Positions 42,303 to 51,291 of a stretch of 64,000 nucleotides of DNA are shown one piece after another. The notes beneath the pieces are model-generated. The model had not been told where the DNA came from, did no database searches, and saw nothing but the letters and a program-made list of their open reading frames with translations. A program made the translations under genes and the position numbers. Source of the DNA: Candidatus Omnitrophota bacterium (GTDB lineage: Bacteria; Omnitrophota; Gorgyraeia; B26-G9); assembly GCA_043805415.1 (NCBI GenBank), contig JAZDHZ010000034.1, positions 37,478 through 101,477 of the forward strand. Direction: 5' to 3'. Positions within the stretch are counted from its first letter, which is position 1, and every line of letters starts with the position of its first letter.

Positions 42303-42539
42303 ATGGCAGTAGAAGATAAAGTAAAAGCAATAATCGTTGATCAGTTAGGTGTTAAAGCGGAAGAAGTTACTTCAAACGCATCATTTGTAGATGACCTTGG
42401 CGCGGATTCTTTGGATACAGTAGAGCTGGTTATGGCTCTGGAAGAAGAATTTGGGATCGAGATTCCTGATGAAGATGCTGAGAAGATGACAACTGTTGGC
42501 GAAGCAATCAAATATATCGCCAGCAAGACAGAAGCTTAA
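42303..42539 (+). CDS. acpP: acyl carrier protein
   Basis: It has the DLGADSLD phosphopantetheine site. The start was set at the Met of MAVEDKVK. Confidence 0.9.
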   Translation: MAVEDKVKAIIVDQLGVKAEEVTSNASFVDDLGADSLDTVELVMALEEEFGIEIPDEDAEKMTTVGEAIKYIASKTEA

Positions 42540-42604
42540 ATTAATCTCTAGTTTATAAACAATAGGCTAGCAACAAGGGGATTGTTTTCTTATTTTAAAA
42601 TATT

Positions 42605-43846
42605 ATGGATAGAAGAAGAGTTGTTATTACAGGCATTGGTATTGTTTCCCCTGTGGGAAACACAAAAGATGATTTTTGGCATTCATTATGCGAAGGAAAA
42701 AGCGGAGCCGGCAGAGTAAGCTACTTTGACGCTTCGGAATTTACTTCTCAGATTGACGCGGAAGTAAAGAACTTTGATCCCACCTTTTGTATTCAGCCCA
42801 AAGAGCTAAAGCGCATGGATCGGTTTGTCCAATTCGCTGTGGCTGCCAGTAAAATGGCCTGCGATGATGCCGGCTTTGAGCTTGAAAAAGAAGATGTTAC
42901 CAGGATCGGAGTACTTGTTGGTACAGGTATCGGCGGCCTGCATGTGGTTGAAGAGCAGGAAAAAAAGTATCTGGAACATGGACCAAGAAAAATATCACCT
43001 TTTCTGATTCCCATGCTGATAGTGAACATGGCTCCTGGCCAGATATCCATCAGTTTAGGACTTAAAGGCCCGAATTCCTGTGTAACTACTGCCTGCGCCA
43101 CAGGCGGTCATTGCATTGGCGATGCTTTTAAGATTATTGAAAGAGGCGATGCTGAGGCAATGTTTGCCGGCGGCACAGAAAGCTGCATTACTCCTTTGGG
43201 TTTTGGCGGTTTTTGCGCGCTAAAGGCTTTGACTACCAGAAATGACGCTCCGGAAAAAGCTTCAAGACCTTTTGACCGCGACCGGGATGGTTTTCTTATG
43301 GCTGAAGGCTCAGGGATTGTGGTTTTAGAAGAACTGGAACACGCGAAAAAAAGAGGCGCGAAGATTTACGCGGAAATCGTGGGATACGGAATGAGCGGTG
43401 ATGCTTATCATATGACTGCTCCTGATCCAGCTGGTGACGGCGGAGCGCGCTGCATGAACCTGGCTTTAAAAGACGGCAAGATTAATATAGAGCAAGTGGA
43501 TTATATTAACGCGCATGGTACATCAACTCCGATGAATGACCGGGTTGAGACTTTAGCAATTAAGACTGTGTTTGGCGATTACGCGAAAAAAGTGGCGATC
43601 AGCTCCACCAAGTCAATGACCGGCCATTTATTAGGCGCGGCCGGCGGCGTGGAATGCGCGGCCATAGCCTTATCCATAAAACACGGGATTATTCCTCCAA
43701 CAATCAATTATGAAACACCGGATCCGGATTGTGATTTAGATTATGTGCCGAATATTGCCAGAAAACAGCCGGTTAATGTGGCAATATCTAATTCTCTGGG
43801 TTTTGGCGGACATAATGTGACTCTGGTGCTTAAAAAGTACGAATAA
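42605..43846 (+). CDS. fabF: 3-oxoacyl-ACP synthase II
   Basis: It has the active-site Cys (ACATG) and His-His (HGTST, GHLLGAAG). Confidence 0.9.
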   Translation: MDRRRVVITGIGIVSPVGNTKDDFWHSLCEGKSGAGRVSYFDASEFTSQIDAEVKNFDPTFCIQPKELKRMDRFVQFAVAASKMACDDAGFELEKEDVTRIGVLVGTGIGGLHVVEEQEKKYLEHGPRKISPFLIPMLIVNMAPGQISISLGLKGPNSCVTTACATGGHCIGDAFKIIERGDAEAMFAGGTESCITPLGFGGFCALKALTTRNDAPEKASRPFDRDRDGFLMAEGSGIVVLEELEHAKKRGAKIYAEIVGYGMSGDAYHMTAPDPAGDGGARCMNLALKDGKINIEQVDYINAHGTSTPMNDRVETLAIKTVFGDYAKKVAISSTKSMTGHLLGAAGGVECAAIALSIKHGIIPPTINYETPDPDCDLDYVPNIARKQPVNVAISNSLGFGGHNVTLVLKKYE

Positions 43847-43869
43847 ATAATTAATGTTCAATGAATTCC

Positions 43870-43906
43870 TTAGAGGGCAACCGTCAAAAAGTTGCCCTCT
43901 AATTTT
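43870..43906 (+). terminator. intrinsic terminator
   Basis: The AGAGGGCAAC..GTTGCCCTCT hairpin plus a T-tract closes the fab operon. Confidence 0.7.
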
Positions 43907-44054
43907 AAGTCCTTGTTTTATTGACATCATAATTTATTTCGGTTATAATATTTGTCTATTTAAGTAATTATATATAGCTATTTTTTGTTGATTGTTTCCA
44001 ATAGGAAAACATTTGCTATTTTTTTTTTTAATAATTTAATGAAAGGACGTGGCT

Positions 44055-45224
44055 ATGGATTATTTGCTAACTGAAGAGCAGATAATGGTTAGGGACCTGG
44101 CAAGAAAAATCGCCCAGGAAAAGTTAAAACCAATAGTAAAAGAACTTGATGAAAAAGAAGAGTTTCCTTGGAAGATCATGAAACTATTAGCAGACGCTGA
44201 TCTGTTTGGGGTTTATATTGATGAAAAATACGGGGGAATGGGGCTGGGTGTATTTGGCTTATGTCTTGTAACTGAAGAACTTTCCAAGATTTGCGGCGGT
44301 GTCGCGGTTACTTATGCCGCGTCCGGTTTGGGAACAGACCCGATTATTTTATTTGGAACTGAAGAACAAAAGAAAAAATTCCTACCGGCTTTAGCCAGCG
44401 GTAAAAAATTAGCGGCTTTTGGCGTAACTGAACCAAACGCGGGAAGTGATGCCGGAGCAATTGAAACTACTGCCAAAAAAGACGGCGATCATTATATTAT
44501 TAATGGAATGAAGCATTTTATTACCAATGGCGGAGACGCTGAGGTTTATGTAATTATTGCCATGACAGATAAAACCAAGGGCCAGCGCGGTTCTTCGGCT
44601 TTTATTGTGGAAAAAGGCACTCCGGGTTTTACATTTGGCAAAAAAGAAGAAAAAATGGGTATCCGCACTTCTTCTACCCGCGAATTGATTTTCCAGGACT
44701 GCAGAGTTCCTAAAGAAAATCTGCTGGGCAAAGAAGGCATGGGTTTTATTGTAACCATGAAGACTTTTGATTTATCCCGTCCGGGTGTTGCCGCGCAGGC
44801 ATTGGGAATCGCTCAGGGCGCGCTTGATTTGGCAGTTGATTATTCCAGACAGAGAATTCAGTTCGGCAAGCCGATCTGCGCTAATCAGGGAATCAAATTC
44901 ATGTTAGCTGATATGGCCACTCAGATTGAAGCAGCGCGCGGACTGGTTTATAGCGTAGCGCGTCAGATCGATAGCGGTAATGTAAAGGTTGCCAAAGAAT
45001 CAGCAATGGCTAAATTATTTGCTTCTGATGTGGCGATGAAAGTTACCACAGACGCTGTGCAGATTTTCGGCGGCTATGGTTATATGCGCGAATATCCAAT
45101 TGAAAAATACATGCGTGACGCGAAAATCACTCAGATCTATGAAGGCACCAATCAGATCCAGAGAGAAATTATCGGAAACAATTTAATTAAGGAGTCGCTT
45201 GCCGCGTCAAAGCAGGCGAAATAG
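44055..45224 (+). CDS. acyl-CoA dehydrogenase (butyryl-CoA dehydrogenase-like, Etf-dependent)
   Basis: It has ACAD N-terminal, middle and C-terminal domains with a catalytic Glu near the C-terminus (YEGTNQIQ). The start was moved to the ATG with a GAAAGGA RBS. Confidence 0.85.
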   Translation: MDYLLTEEQIMVRDLARKIAQEKLKPIVKELDEKEEFPWKIMKLLADADLFGVYIDEKYGGMGLGVFGLCLVTEELSKICGGVAVTYAASGLGTDPIILFGTEEQKKKFLPALASGKKLAAFGVTEPNAGSDAGAIETTAKKDGDHYIINGMKHFITNGGDAEVYVIIAMTDKTKGQRGSSAFIVEKGTPGFTFGKKEEKMGIRTSSTRELIFQDCRVPKENLLGKEGMGFIVTMKTFDLSRPGVAAQALGIAQGALDLAVDYSRQRIQFGKPICANQGIKFMLADMATQIEAARGLVYSVARQIDSGNVKVAKESAMAKLFASDVAMKVTTDAVQIFGGYGYMREYPIEKYMRDAKITQIYEGTNQIQREIIGNNLIKESLAASKQAK

Positions 45225-45227
45225 TCA

Positions 45228-46016
45228 ATGAATATAGTAGTTTGCATAAAACAAGTGCCTGATACAACTGATGTGCGGATCAATCCGGAAACAAATACTC
45301 TGGTGCGTGACGGAGTTGTTTCGATTATCAATCCATTTGATATGTACGCGATTGAAGAAGGATTGCGTTTGCGCGAAAGATTTGAAGGCAAGGTAACGGT
45401 TATTACCATGGGACCGCCGCAGGCTGAAGCTGCTTTAAGAGAATGCATTGCTTTAGGCGCGGATGAAGGGGTTTTACTTTCTGACCGGGCTTTTGCCGGA
45501 AGCGATACACTGGCAACCAGCTACGCATTGGCCATGGGAATTAAAAAACTGGGAAAAGTTGATCTGATTCTTTGCGGTAAGCAGGCAATTGACGGTGATA
45601 CCGCGCAGGTCGGACCGGGAATCTCGGTTTGGCTGGGCATTCCGCAAGTTGCTTTTGCTAAAAAGATCGATGGCACAACTGAGAAAGATATTAAGGCTTT
45701 TCGCGTGGAAAGAATGACTGAAGAAGGCGCGGATGTTCTGGAAATACCTCTGCCCTGCATGATTTCCGTGGTTAAAGATATTAATGAACCCAGACTGCCG
45801 TCTTTAAAAGGCATGATGCGTTCAAAAAAAGCTGAGATCATCAAATGGACAGCTGATGATATTCAGGCAGATAAGAAAAAGATCGGCTTGGACGGTTCGC
45901 CCACGCAGGTGGTGAAAATATTCAGCCCGCCGGTAAGAGAAGGCGGACAGGTTCTCCATGGTGATGCTAAAGATGTTACGGATAAATTGTATAGTCTTAT
46001 AAAAGACGTGATTTAA
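45228..46016 (+). CDS. etfB: electron transfer flavoprotein beta subunit
   Basis: It has the N-terminus MNIVVCIKQVPD. Length is 262 aa. Confidence 0.85.
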   Translation: MNIVVCIKQVPDTTDVRINPETNTLVRDGVVSIINPFDMYAIEEGLRLRERFEGKVTVITMGPPQAEAALRECIALGADEGVLLSDRAFAGSDTLATSYALAMGIKKLGKVDLILCGKQAIDGDTAQVGPGISVWLGIPQVAFAKKIDGTTEKDIKAFRVERMTEEGADVLEIPLPCMISVVKDINEPRLPSLKGMMRSKKAEIIKWTADDIQADKKKIGLDGSPTQVVKIFSPPVREGGQVLHGDAKDVTDKLYSLIKDVI

Positions 46017-46044
46017 TAACAATTATTTAGGATATTAGACTAAA

Positions 46045-47232
46045 ATGGCGATTGAAATTATTGTACAAAAATGTGTTGGTTGTCGGTTGTGCGTAAAAGC
46101 ATGTCCTTTTGCCGCGATTGATATGGTTAATAATGTCGCGGAAATTAATGATAATTGTACTTTATGCGGTGCCTGCGTTGACAGCTGTAAGTTTGACGCG
46201 ATTTTACTGCGCAAAACCGAGGAAGTCTCAGTTTCTCTGGATGATTATCAGGATGTCTGGGTTTTTGCTGAGCAGAAAAAAGGCGTGATTCAGTCAGTTG
46301 TTTTTGAATTACTTGGCGAAGGCAAGAAACTCGCTCAGAAAAGAAATCAGAATTTAGCCGCGGTTTTAATCGGTCATAAATTAAAAGACGCTGCCAAGCA
46401 ATTAATTGAACGTGGAGCTGATAAGGTTTATGTAATTGACGCTCCTGAGCTTAAACATTATCAGGCAGATACTTATGCCAAAGTACTGACCAGTGTGATT
46501 GAACAGTATAAACCGGAGATTGTATTAACCGGCGCGACTTCCATTGGCCGGGCTTTGATTCCGCGCGTGGCTGTTGAACTTAAGACAGGGCTGACAGCGG
46601 ATTGTACTGCTTTGGATATTGATGAAGAAAAAGGCATGCTTTTGCAGACTCGTCCGGCATTTGGCGGAAATATCATGGCCACAATCATCTGCCCGTCACG
46701 CCGTCCGCAAATGGCAACTGTGCGCCATAAGGTTATGCAGGAAGCTGTGATTGATAAAACCAATAAAGGCGAGATTATTGAAATCAAGCCGAAAAAAGAG
46801 TTATTAACTTCCAGAACTAAATTAATTGATTTAATTGAAGACATGGAAGAAACAATGAATATCGCTGAAGCTGATATTATTGTTTCCGGCGGCAGAGGCA
46901 TGGGCAAGGCTGAGAACTTTAAAATATTAGAAGAGTTTGCCAAAGCAATCGGCGGAGCAGTCGGAGCATCGCGCGCCGCGGTTGACAGCGGATTTATTCC
47001 CTATTCCCATCAGGTCGGACAAACTGGCAAAACCGTTTGCCCGAAAATCTATTTTGCCTGCGGTATTTCCGGCCAGATCCAGCATCTAGTCGGCATGCAG
47101 TCATCAGACATCATCGTAGCGATCAACAAAGACCCTGATGCCCCGATATTCAAGCTGGCGACCTACGGCATCGTCGGAGACTTATTTGAAGTAATACCCA
47201 TGCTGACCAAAAAATTCGCGAAAAAGAAGTAA
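46045..47232 (+). CDS. etfA: electron transfer flavoprotein alpha subunit with N-terminal 2x[4Fe-4S] ferredoxin domain
   Basis: The N-terminus has CVGCRLCVKACP and CTLCGACVDSC. The EtfA FAD-binding C-terminus follows. Confidence 0.85.
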   Translation: MAIEIIVQKCVGCRLCVKACPFAAIDMVNNVAEINDNCTLCGACVDSCKFDAILLRKTEEVSVSLDDYQDVWVFAEQKKGVIQSVVFELLGEGKKLAQKRNQNLAAVLIGHKLKDAAKQLIERGADKVYVIDAPELKHYQADTYAKVLTSVIEQYKPEIVLTGATSIGRALIPRVAVELKTGLTADCTALDIDEEKGMLLQTRPAFGGNIMATIICPSRRPQMATVRHKVMQEAVIDKTNKGEIIEIKPKKELLTSRTKLIDLIEDMEETMNIAEADIIVSGGRGMGKAENFKILEEFAKAIGGAVGASRAAVDSGFIPYSHQVGQTGKTVCPKIYFACGISGQIQHLVGMQSSDIIVAINKDPDAPIFKLATYGIVGDLFEVIPMLTKKFAKKK

Positions 47233-47289
47233 GATCAACGGATTCAAACACAGAAAGACGTGTAAGATGAGCGTTAAGATCAATAGCCA

Positions 47290-47327
47290 AAAAGCAATTC
47301 CTTAAGAAAGGAATTGCTTTTTTTTGT
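47290..47327 (+). terminator. intrinsic terminator after etfA
   Basis: AAGCAATTCCTT-aagaa-AGGAATTGCTT is followed by T7. A second GC-rich palindrome GGCCAGGTC-GAG-ACCTGGCC lies at 47369-47389. Confidence 0.7.
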
Positions 47328-47439
47328 TCACCATGGATAAATAAATGAATATAAAACAAAATCCCGTAGGGCCAGGTCGAGACCTGGCCGAAACATAATC
47401 AAAAAATATGGCCGAAACAAATAAATTAGAAGAAGTAAA

Positions 47440-47450
47440 GGGGACGGTTC
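47440..47450 (+). repeat. GGGGACGGTTC(C/T)ATTT repeat family member
   Basis: Related copies occur at 48514, 49099 and 49897. The copies at 49099 and 49897 are each followed ~25 nt later by a GGGGTCAAGTCTCTA element. Confidence 0.7.
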
Positions 47451-47580
47451 TATTTAATTGAGAGAGTGGCGTTCCTCCGTCGTGCTTGTTCCTCGGTTTA
47501 TAAGGCGGGGCTATCCGTTTCTAAACCAAAGAAAATTAGATCACTTGGTTTTGAAGATGGATAACGTTGCGTGTTTACTC

Positions 47581-47625
47581 GTGAGCGGGGACGTTGTTTG
47601 ATAAATTGATTTATTTAAATAGTGA
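47581..47625 (+). repeat. 45-bp perfect direct repeat copy 1 (GTGAGCGGGGACGTTGTTTGATAAATTGATTTATTTAAATAGTGA)
   Basis: It is identical to 48463-48507. Similarity continues for a further ~40 nt (AAGGGGAYGGTT..TTTTTGG). Confidence 0.9.
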
Positions 47626-47742
47626 AAAAACTAAAAGGAATAAAGGGGATGGTTTTGTTTTTGGTAAACCATAAAATTTGCTTCCCGCATAAATCGGCGG
47701 GGCAAGCTGTTTGCCCTTCGACAAACTCAGGGTAAAAGCGCA

Positions 47743-47748
47743 AACGTT
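47743..47748 (+). promoter_or_regulatory. weaker AAACGTT upstream motif (GCGCAAACGTTATGTGAG) 22 nt before the RDD gene start
   Basis: It shares the CAAACGTTAT core with the motifs at 57828, 58159, 59755 and 60764. Confidence 0.35.
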
Positions 47749-47769
47749 ATGTGAGAAAAAATAATAAAT

Positions 47770-48483
47770 ATGAAAAAAGACTATAAAGAAAAAATATCGC
47801 AGTATACATTGGAAGAACTTATGGATGTTTCCATTCATATTGATAAGGAAAAGTTTCCTGATAGGTATGAAATGATTATTGCGGAGATTGAAGTTAGGAA
47901 GAATCAGCCAAAGGGTAGTTCAGAAGAACAAGATAAAAAACAAAGAATTTTTGCTGGATTCTGGATTAGATTTTGGGCATATGTTTTAGACATAATCCCG
48001 GTGCTATTATTATGGGTATTTTTATATAGGTTTTATTTTCAAGCAAAATCGGTTGTTACTCTATATTATGGAGTTTTTCCTCTGGGCTGGATTGCTTACA
48101 GAATTTATTTTCATGGTAGATGGGGGCAAACACTTGGAAAAATGGCAATGAAAATAAAAGTAGTTAATGTTGACTTTGGCAAAATTGATTATTATGCTGC
48201 TTTTAAAAGAGAAATTGTTAATATATTGATTGATTTAATCACAATAATTGTTGTAGTTGCAGCAATGAAATCTATTCCTTCAGTAAACTGGCTAGTTATG
48301 CCAGAAATAGAAAAGCAAAATGTAATTTTAAGGGCAAAAGATAAAATTAGTTTTATTGGATTGTTCTGGTTATATGCTGATATTATTTGTTTATTAATTA
48401 ATAAGCAAAAACGGTCGATACACGATTTTATTGGAAGCACAATAGTTGTAAGAGAAGAAGTAGTGAGCGGGGACGTTGTTTGA
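47770..48483 (+). CDS. RDD-family membrane protein
   Basis: It has the motifs WIRFWAYVLD, GQTLGKMAMKIKVV and RSIHDFIGSTIVV, with three to four TM helices. Confidence 0.6.
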   Translation: MKKDYKEKISQYTLEELMDVSIHIDKEKFPDRYEMIIAEIEVRKNQPKGSSEEQDKKQRIFAGFWIRFWAYVLDIIPVLLLWVFLYRFYFQAKSVVTLYYGVFPLGWIAYRIYFHGRWGQTLGKMAMKIKVVNVDFGKIDYYAAFKREIVNILIDLITIIVVVAAMKSIPSVNWLVMPEIEKQNVILRAKDKISFIGLFWLYADIICLLINKQKRSIHDFIGSTIVVREEVVSGDVV

Positions 48484-48507
48484 TAAATTGATTTATTTAA
48501 ATAGTGA
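48463..48507 (+). repeat. 45-bp perfect direct repeat copy 2, overlapping the last 7 codons of the RDD gene
   Basis: It is identical to 47581-47625. It encodes the ..VVSGDVV* tail of the RDD gene. Confidence 0.9.
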
Positions 48508-48580
48508 TTTTAAGGGGACGGTTATATTTTTTTGGAATAAATATATATATTTATTCATTCCAAACAAGAAGGAGAGCAAA

Positions 48581-49027
48581 ATGAAGAAGGTGATAGGTTT
48601 TATGGTCACAGTATTAGTGTTGGCAACGGGCATCGCATATGCTGCCATAGAAGAATATTATGAAGAAAAACCTTTAAAGATTCAGAAAGCTGACCCTTTT
48701 GATAATGACAAACAAATAAAAATTCGAGTGGGCGAAAAGATCATATTCAAAATCAAGATATATCAGGATGAATTCTTTGGCCAGACTACTATTAGTGCAA
48801 ATGCTAATATTGACAATACAACCAAACAGAAAGTCAAAGCCATCTATTCAATCTCGTTTCATGATAAGGATGGCAAGCTTGTCGCATGTCACCAGGGATC
48901 ATGGGACCTCGATGAAAATGATGATGTAAATTACGGAAGTGGCATTATCTACACAGATACCGCTTCGATTGCATCAGTTACAAATTACAAATTAAAAACA
49001 CAGGTGATTGAATCTAAAAAGGAATGA
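48581..49027 (+). CDS. small secreted protein of unknown function
   Basis: It has an AAGGAG RBS and a signal peptide (MKKVIGFMVTVLVLATGIAYA). The tracked ORF is longer, but the upstream part covers repeat DNA. Confidence 0.35.
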   Translation: MKKVIGFMVTVLVLATGIAYAAIEEYYEEKPLKIQKADPFDNDKQIKIRVGEKIIFKIKIYQDEFFGQTTISANANIDNTTKQKVKAIYSISFHDKDGKLVACHQGSWDLDENDDVNYGSGIIYTDTASIASVTNYKLKTQVIESKKE

Positions 49028-49098
49028 CCAAAAAAAGTGTAAATGGAGTCAGGTCTTGAATCTAGATAATGGACGAAAAAAGCAAAAAAAGGGGAAAA

Positions 49099-49151
49099 GG
49101 GGACGGTTCCATTTTCGGAGGAAAAACAGAGGGTCAAGTCTCTACTTGACT
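49099..49151 (+). repeat. composite repeat: GGGGACGGTTCCATTTTCGG followed by the palindrome GGTCAAG-tctcta-CTTGAC
   Basis: It is nearly identical in layout to 49897-49950. Confidence 0.7.
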
Positions 49152-49230
49152 ACAAGTAAAATTTATTGAGAAAGAGTGGAAGGCTAGGGGACGTAGTGAG
49201 CTAACCCGGGATTGACGGACACCAAGAAAA

Positions 49231-49268
49231 GGGGTCAAGTCTGTAATCTTGATATTTTTATAAACGTT
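49231..49268 (+). repeat. GGGGTCAAGTCTGTAATCTTGATATTTTTATAAACGTTTGACAC element
   Basis: It belongs to the GGGGTCAAGTCT family. It contains an AAACGTT core 43 nt upstream of the ATG at 49311. Confidence 0.7.
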
Positions 49269-49298
49269 TGACACTAATTTTTGTTTTAGCTTAAAGGT

Positions 49299-49829
49299 TT
49301 GATAGATAAAATGAGAGAAATTTATTACGCGATCTATAAAAATGCTGATTATAAAACAATGGTTATGGTAAGCTTAGCCGAAGCAATCATCTCCAAAAGA
49401 GGCAGATTTAATAAAGATAAATTTATTTTAAGTGATGAAATAGGTTTAAATCGGTTTGAGAAACAAATTTTAAGTAAAATATGTTTAAATAACTTTTGTT
49501 ATTTTCATATTTCAGATTACACTAAATGGATTGATTATTTGATTCAAGAATGTATAAAAAATAAATATTTTAAGAAGCTGCTTGTCTTGGGGCCAAAGCC
49601 AACAAAATATTTTAAGACAGAATTAAAAAAAAATTTAAAAAATTTCAATGAGGATATTATTGCCTATATTGACTCAAGGGAAATTAATTTGTTAATGAAG
49701 ATTAATAAGTCTATTTCCCAAATTAAATTGCCTGAATTTAGACAATTAATCAAAAAAAAAGATATTATGGCTGAAATGATGGCTGAAGTTATGGATAAGG
49801 GGTATTGGCTCGAGGCAGATAAGTTGTAG
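49299..49829 (+). CDS. hypothetical protein (cytoplasmic, Lys-rich)
   Basis: This is an ORF only. The alternative ATG start is at 49311. No recognisable domain was found. Confidence 0.3.
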   Translation: MIDKMREIYYAIYKNADYKTMVMVSLAEAIISKRGRFNKDKFILSDEIGLNRFEKQILSKICLNNFCYFHISDYTKWIDYLIQECIKNKYFKKLLVLGPKPTKYFKTELKKNLKNFNEDIIAYIDSREINLLMKINKSISQIKLPEFRQLIKKKDIMAEMMAEVMDKGYWLEADKL

Positions 49830-49896
49830 CAATAAAAGAAGATATTGAGGGGCGTAGTTTAAAGATTTAAAGTTATAGAAACAATGAAGGAAAAAA

Positions 49897-49965
49897 GGGA
49901 CGGTTCCATTTTCGGTGAAAGATAAGGGGTCAAGTCTCTAATCCTGACATTTTTAACGCTTAATG
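49897..49965 (+). repeat. composite repeat: GGGACGGTTCCATTTTCGG + GGGGTCAAGTCTCTAATCCTGAC + AACGCTTAATGC
   Basis: See 49099. It lies 35-100 nt upstream of the ORF at 50000. Confidence 0.7.
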
Positions 49966-49999
49966 CTAATTTCGTAATTTAAAATTTAAAGGATGAGAA

Positions 50000-51202
50000 A
50001 TGAGAAGAGTATTGCTTGTAATTTTATTAATTGGTGTTTTTTGTCCGTTTTCTTTAGCTCAGGAGCAAAATTCTGATTTCGATTTTAAGATTTTCTTAAC
50101 TCAACAGAGTGAAGAAATGGATTGGTGGAATGGGGTTCCTTCTCAATTTGGTCCGCATATTTCTGAAGTCAGTAGTGTTTCTAAAAAAGAAATTTTTAAA
50201 ATAATACCTATTTTCCGTAATTACGGTCTTGAGGATGGGGAAAAAGCAAACATTATATATAATGTTTCTATTTTAAAGCCAGATAATAGTATTTATGCAG
50301 AGATAAATGATCTTGAGGGGTGGAAGGGTAAAGTTAATGGGCCGTATTTGTTACCAGCGAAAAATAGATTAGTGGTTTGTTTTGAGCCTGAGGACACATT
50401 CGGTGAATATGCTATAAGAATAGAATCTTTTGATAAAATTAAAGATCAGAAAGTAGCTCATGAAGACAAAATTAATCTAGAAGAGTTTAAATTGCCTGAT
50501 TTAAAAGATGATGTAGATCTGTTTTTTACGTACAACTATAATCCTGACCCTGAAAAAGCCATGGCTTATTTTTTGAATTCTGCATACCCGTTTATAAATG
50601 AAAAAGGGCAAGTTGTATGGTCTGGGATATGGTTTTTTAAATGTGTTTTTGATGAAAATGATTTTCTAATTCCCCAAATCGTAAAATTTTTTAAAGATGA
50701 AGCTACTAAAAAGCAGAAAGAGAATATAATTTTACTATTCTATTTTTTAGGAAAAACGAAAGAGCTTGATTTAAAAGGGGATTTAGTAAAATATAGTGAA
50801 GGGTTTAAAAAAATAAAGGCTCCAAATCCTTACGATAAAATAGATAATCCTAGTCAGCTGGATATGCTATGGGGAGAGTTTTTTGCTACTGGTAGATTAA
50901 AACCAGTAAGGCAGATTATATCTTCATTCCAGCTTAGTGAATTCATGGGGACATTGGAAAAAATTAAGAAAAAAGAACTAGATGTTAATGAAAAATCTGT
51001 GTACCGCGAAGCAATGCTTGAAGCTACTTTCAGTTCTGCCCTTTGGTCTTTAGAAAGTAATTGCAATCAATCGAGCTTACTATATCAATATTGCGTTGGA
51101 CTTATTGAGTCTGATGAATTAAATGATAATGAAAAAGGCTATTTAGGAGCTATTTTAAACAGTGTATATGAGAAGAAGAAAAAAGAAGACAGAAAAGAAT
51201 AA
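50000..51202 (+). CDS. secreted hypothetical protein (400 aa)
   Basis: It has a signal peptide (MRRVLLVILLIGVFCPFSLAQE). No recognisable domain was found. Confidence 0.35.
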   Translation: MRRVLLVILLIGVFCPFSLAQEQNSDFDFKIFLTQQSEEMDWWNGVPSQFGPHISEVSSVSKKEIFKIIPIFRNYGLEDGEKANIIYNVSILKPDNSIYAEINDLEGWKGKVNGPYLLPAKNRLVVCFEPEDTFGEYAIRIESFDKIKDQKVAHEDKINLEEFKLPDLKDDVDLFFTYNYNPDPEKAMAYFLNSAYPFINEKGQVVWSGIWFFKCVFDENDFLIPQIVKFFKDEATKKQKENIILLFYFLGKTKELDLKGDLVKYSEGFKKIKAPNPYDKIDNPSQLDMLWGEFFATGRLKPVRQIISSFQLSEFMGTLEKIKKKELDVNEKSVYREAMLEATFSSALWSLESNCNQSSLLYQYCVGLIESDELNDNEKGYLGAILNSVYEKKKKEDRKE

Positions 51203-51220
51203 TAGGGTCAAATAAGAAAA

Positions 51221-51265
51221 GGGATCAAGTCTGTAATCTAGATATTTCCCTAAACGTTCAACGTT
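51221..51265 (+). repeat. GGGATCAAGTCTGTAATCTAGATATTTCCCTAAACGTTCAACGTT element
   Basis: It belongs to the GGGGTCAAGTCT family and has a doubled AACGTT core. It lies 27-40 nt upstream of the ATG at 51292. Confidence 0.7.
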
Positions 51266-51291
51266 AATTTTTACTCAAGTTTAAATGTTAT

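Noticed and set aside
47440-47530. GGGGACGGTTC... segments as tRNA or tmRNA genes
   Set aside because: There is no T-loop GTTCGA(A) or CCA-end partner and no cloverleaf pairing. The same 5' motif is dispersed as a short repeat.
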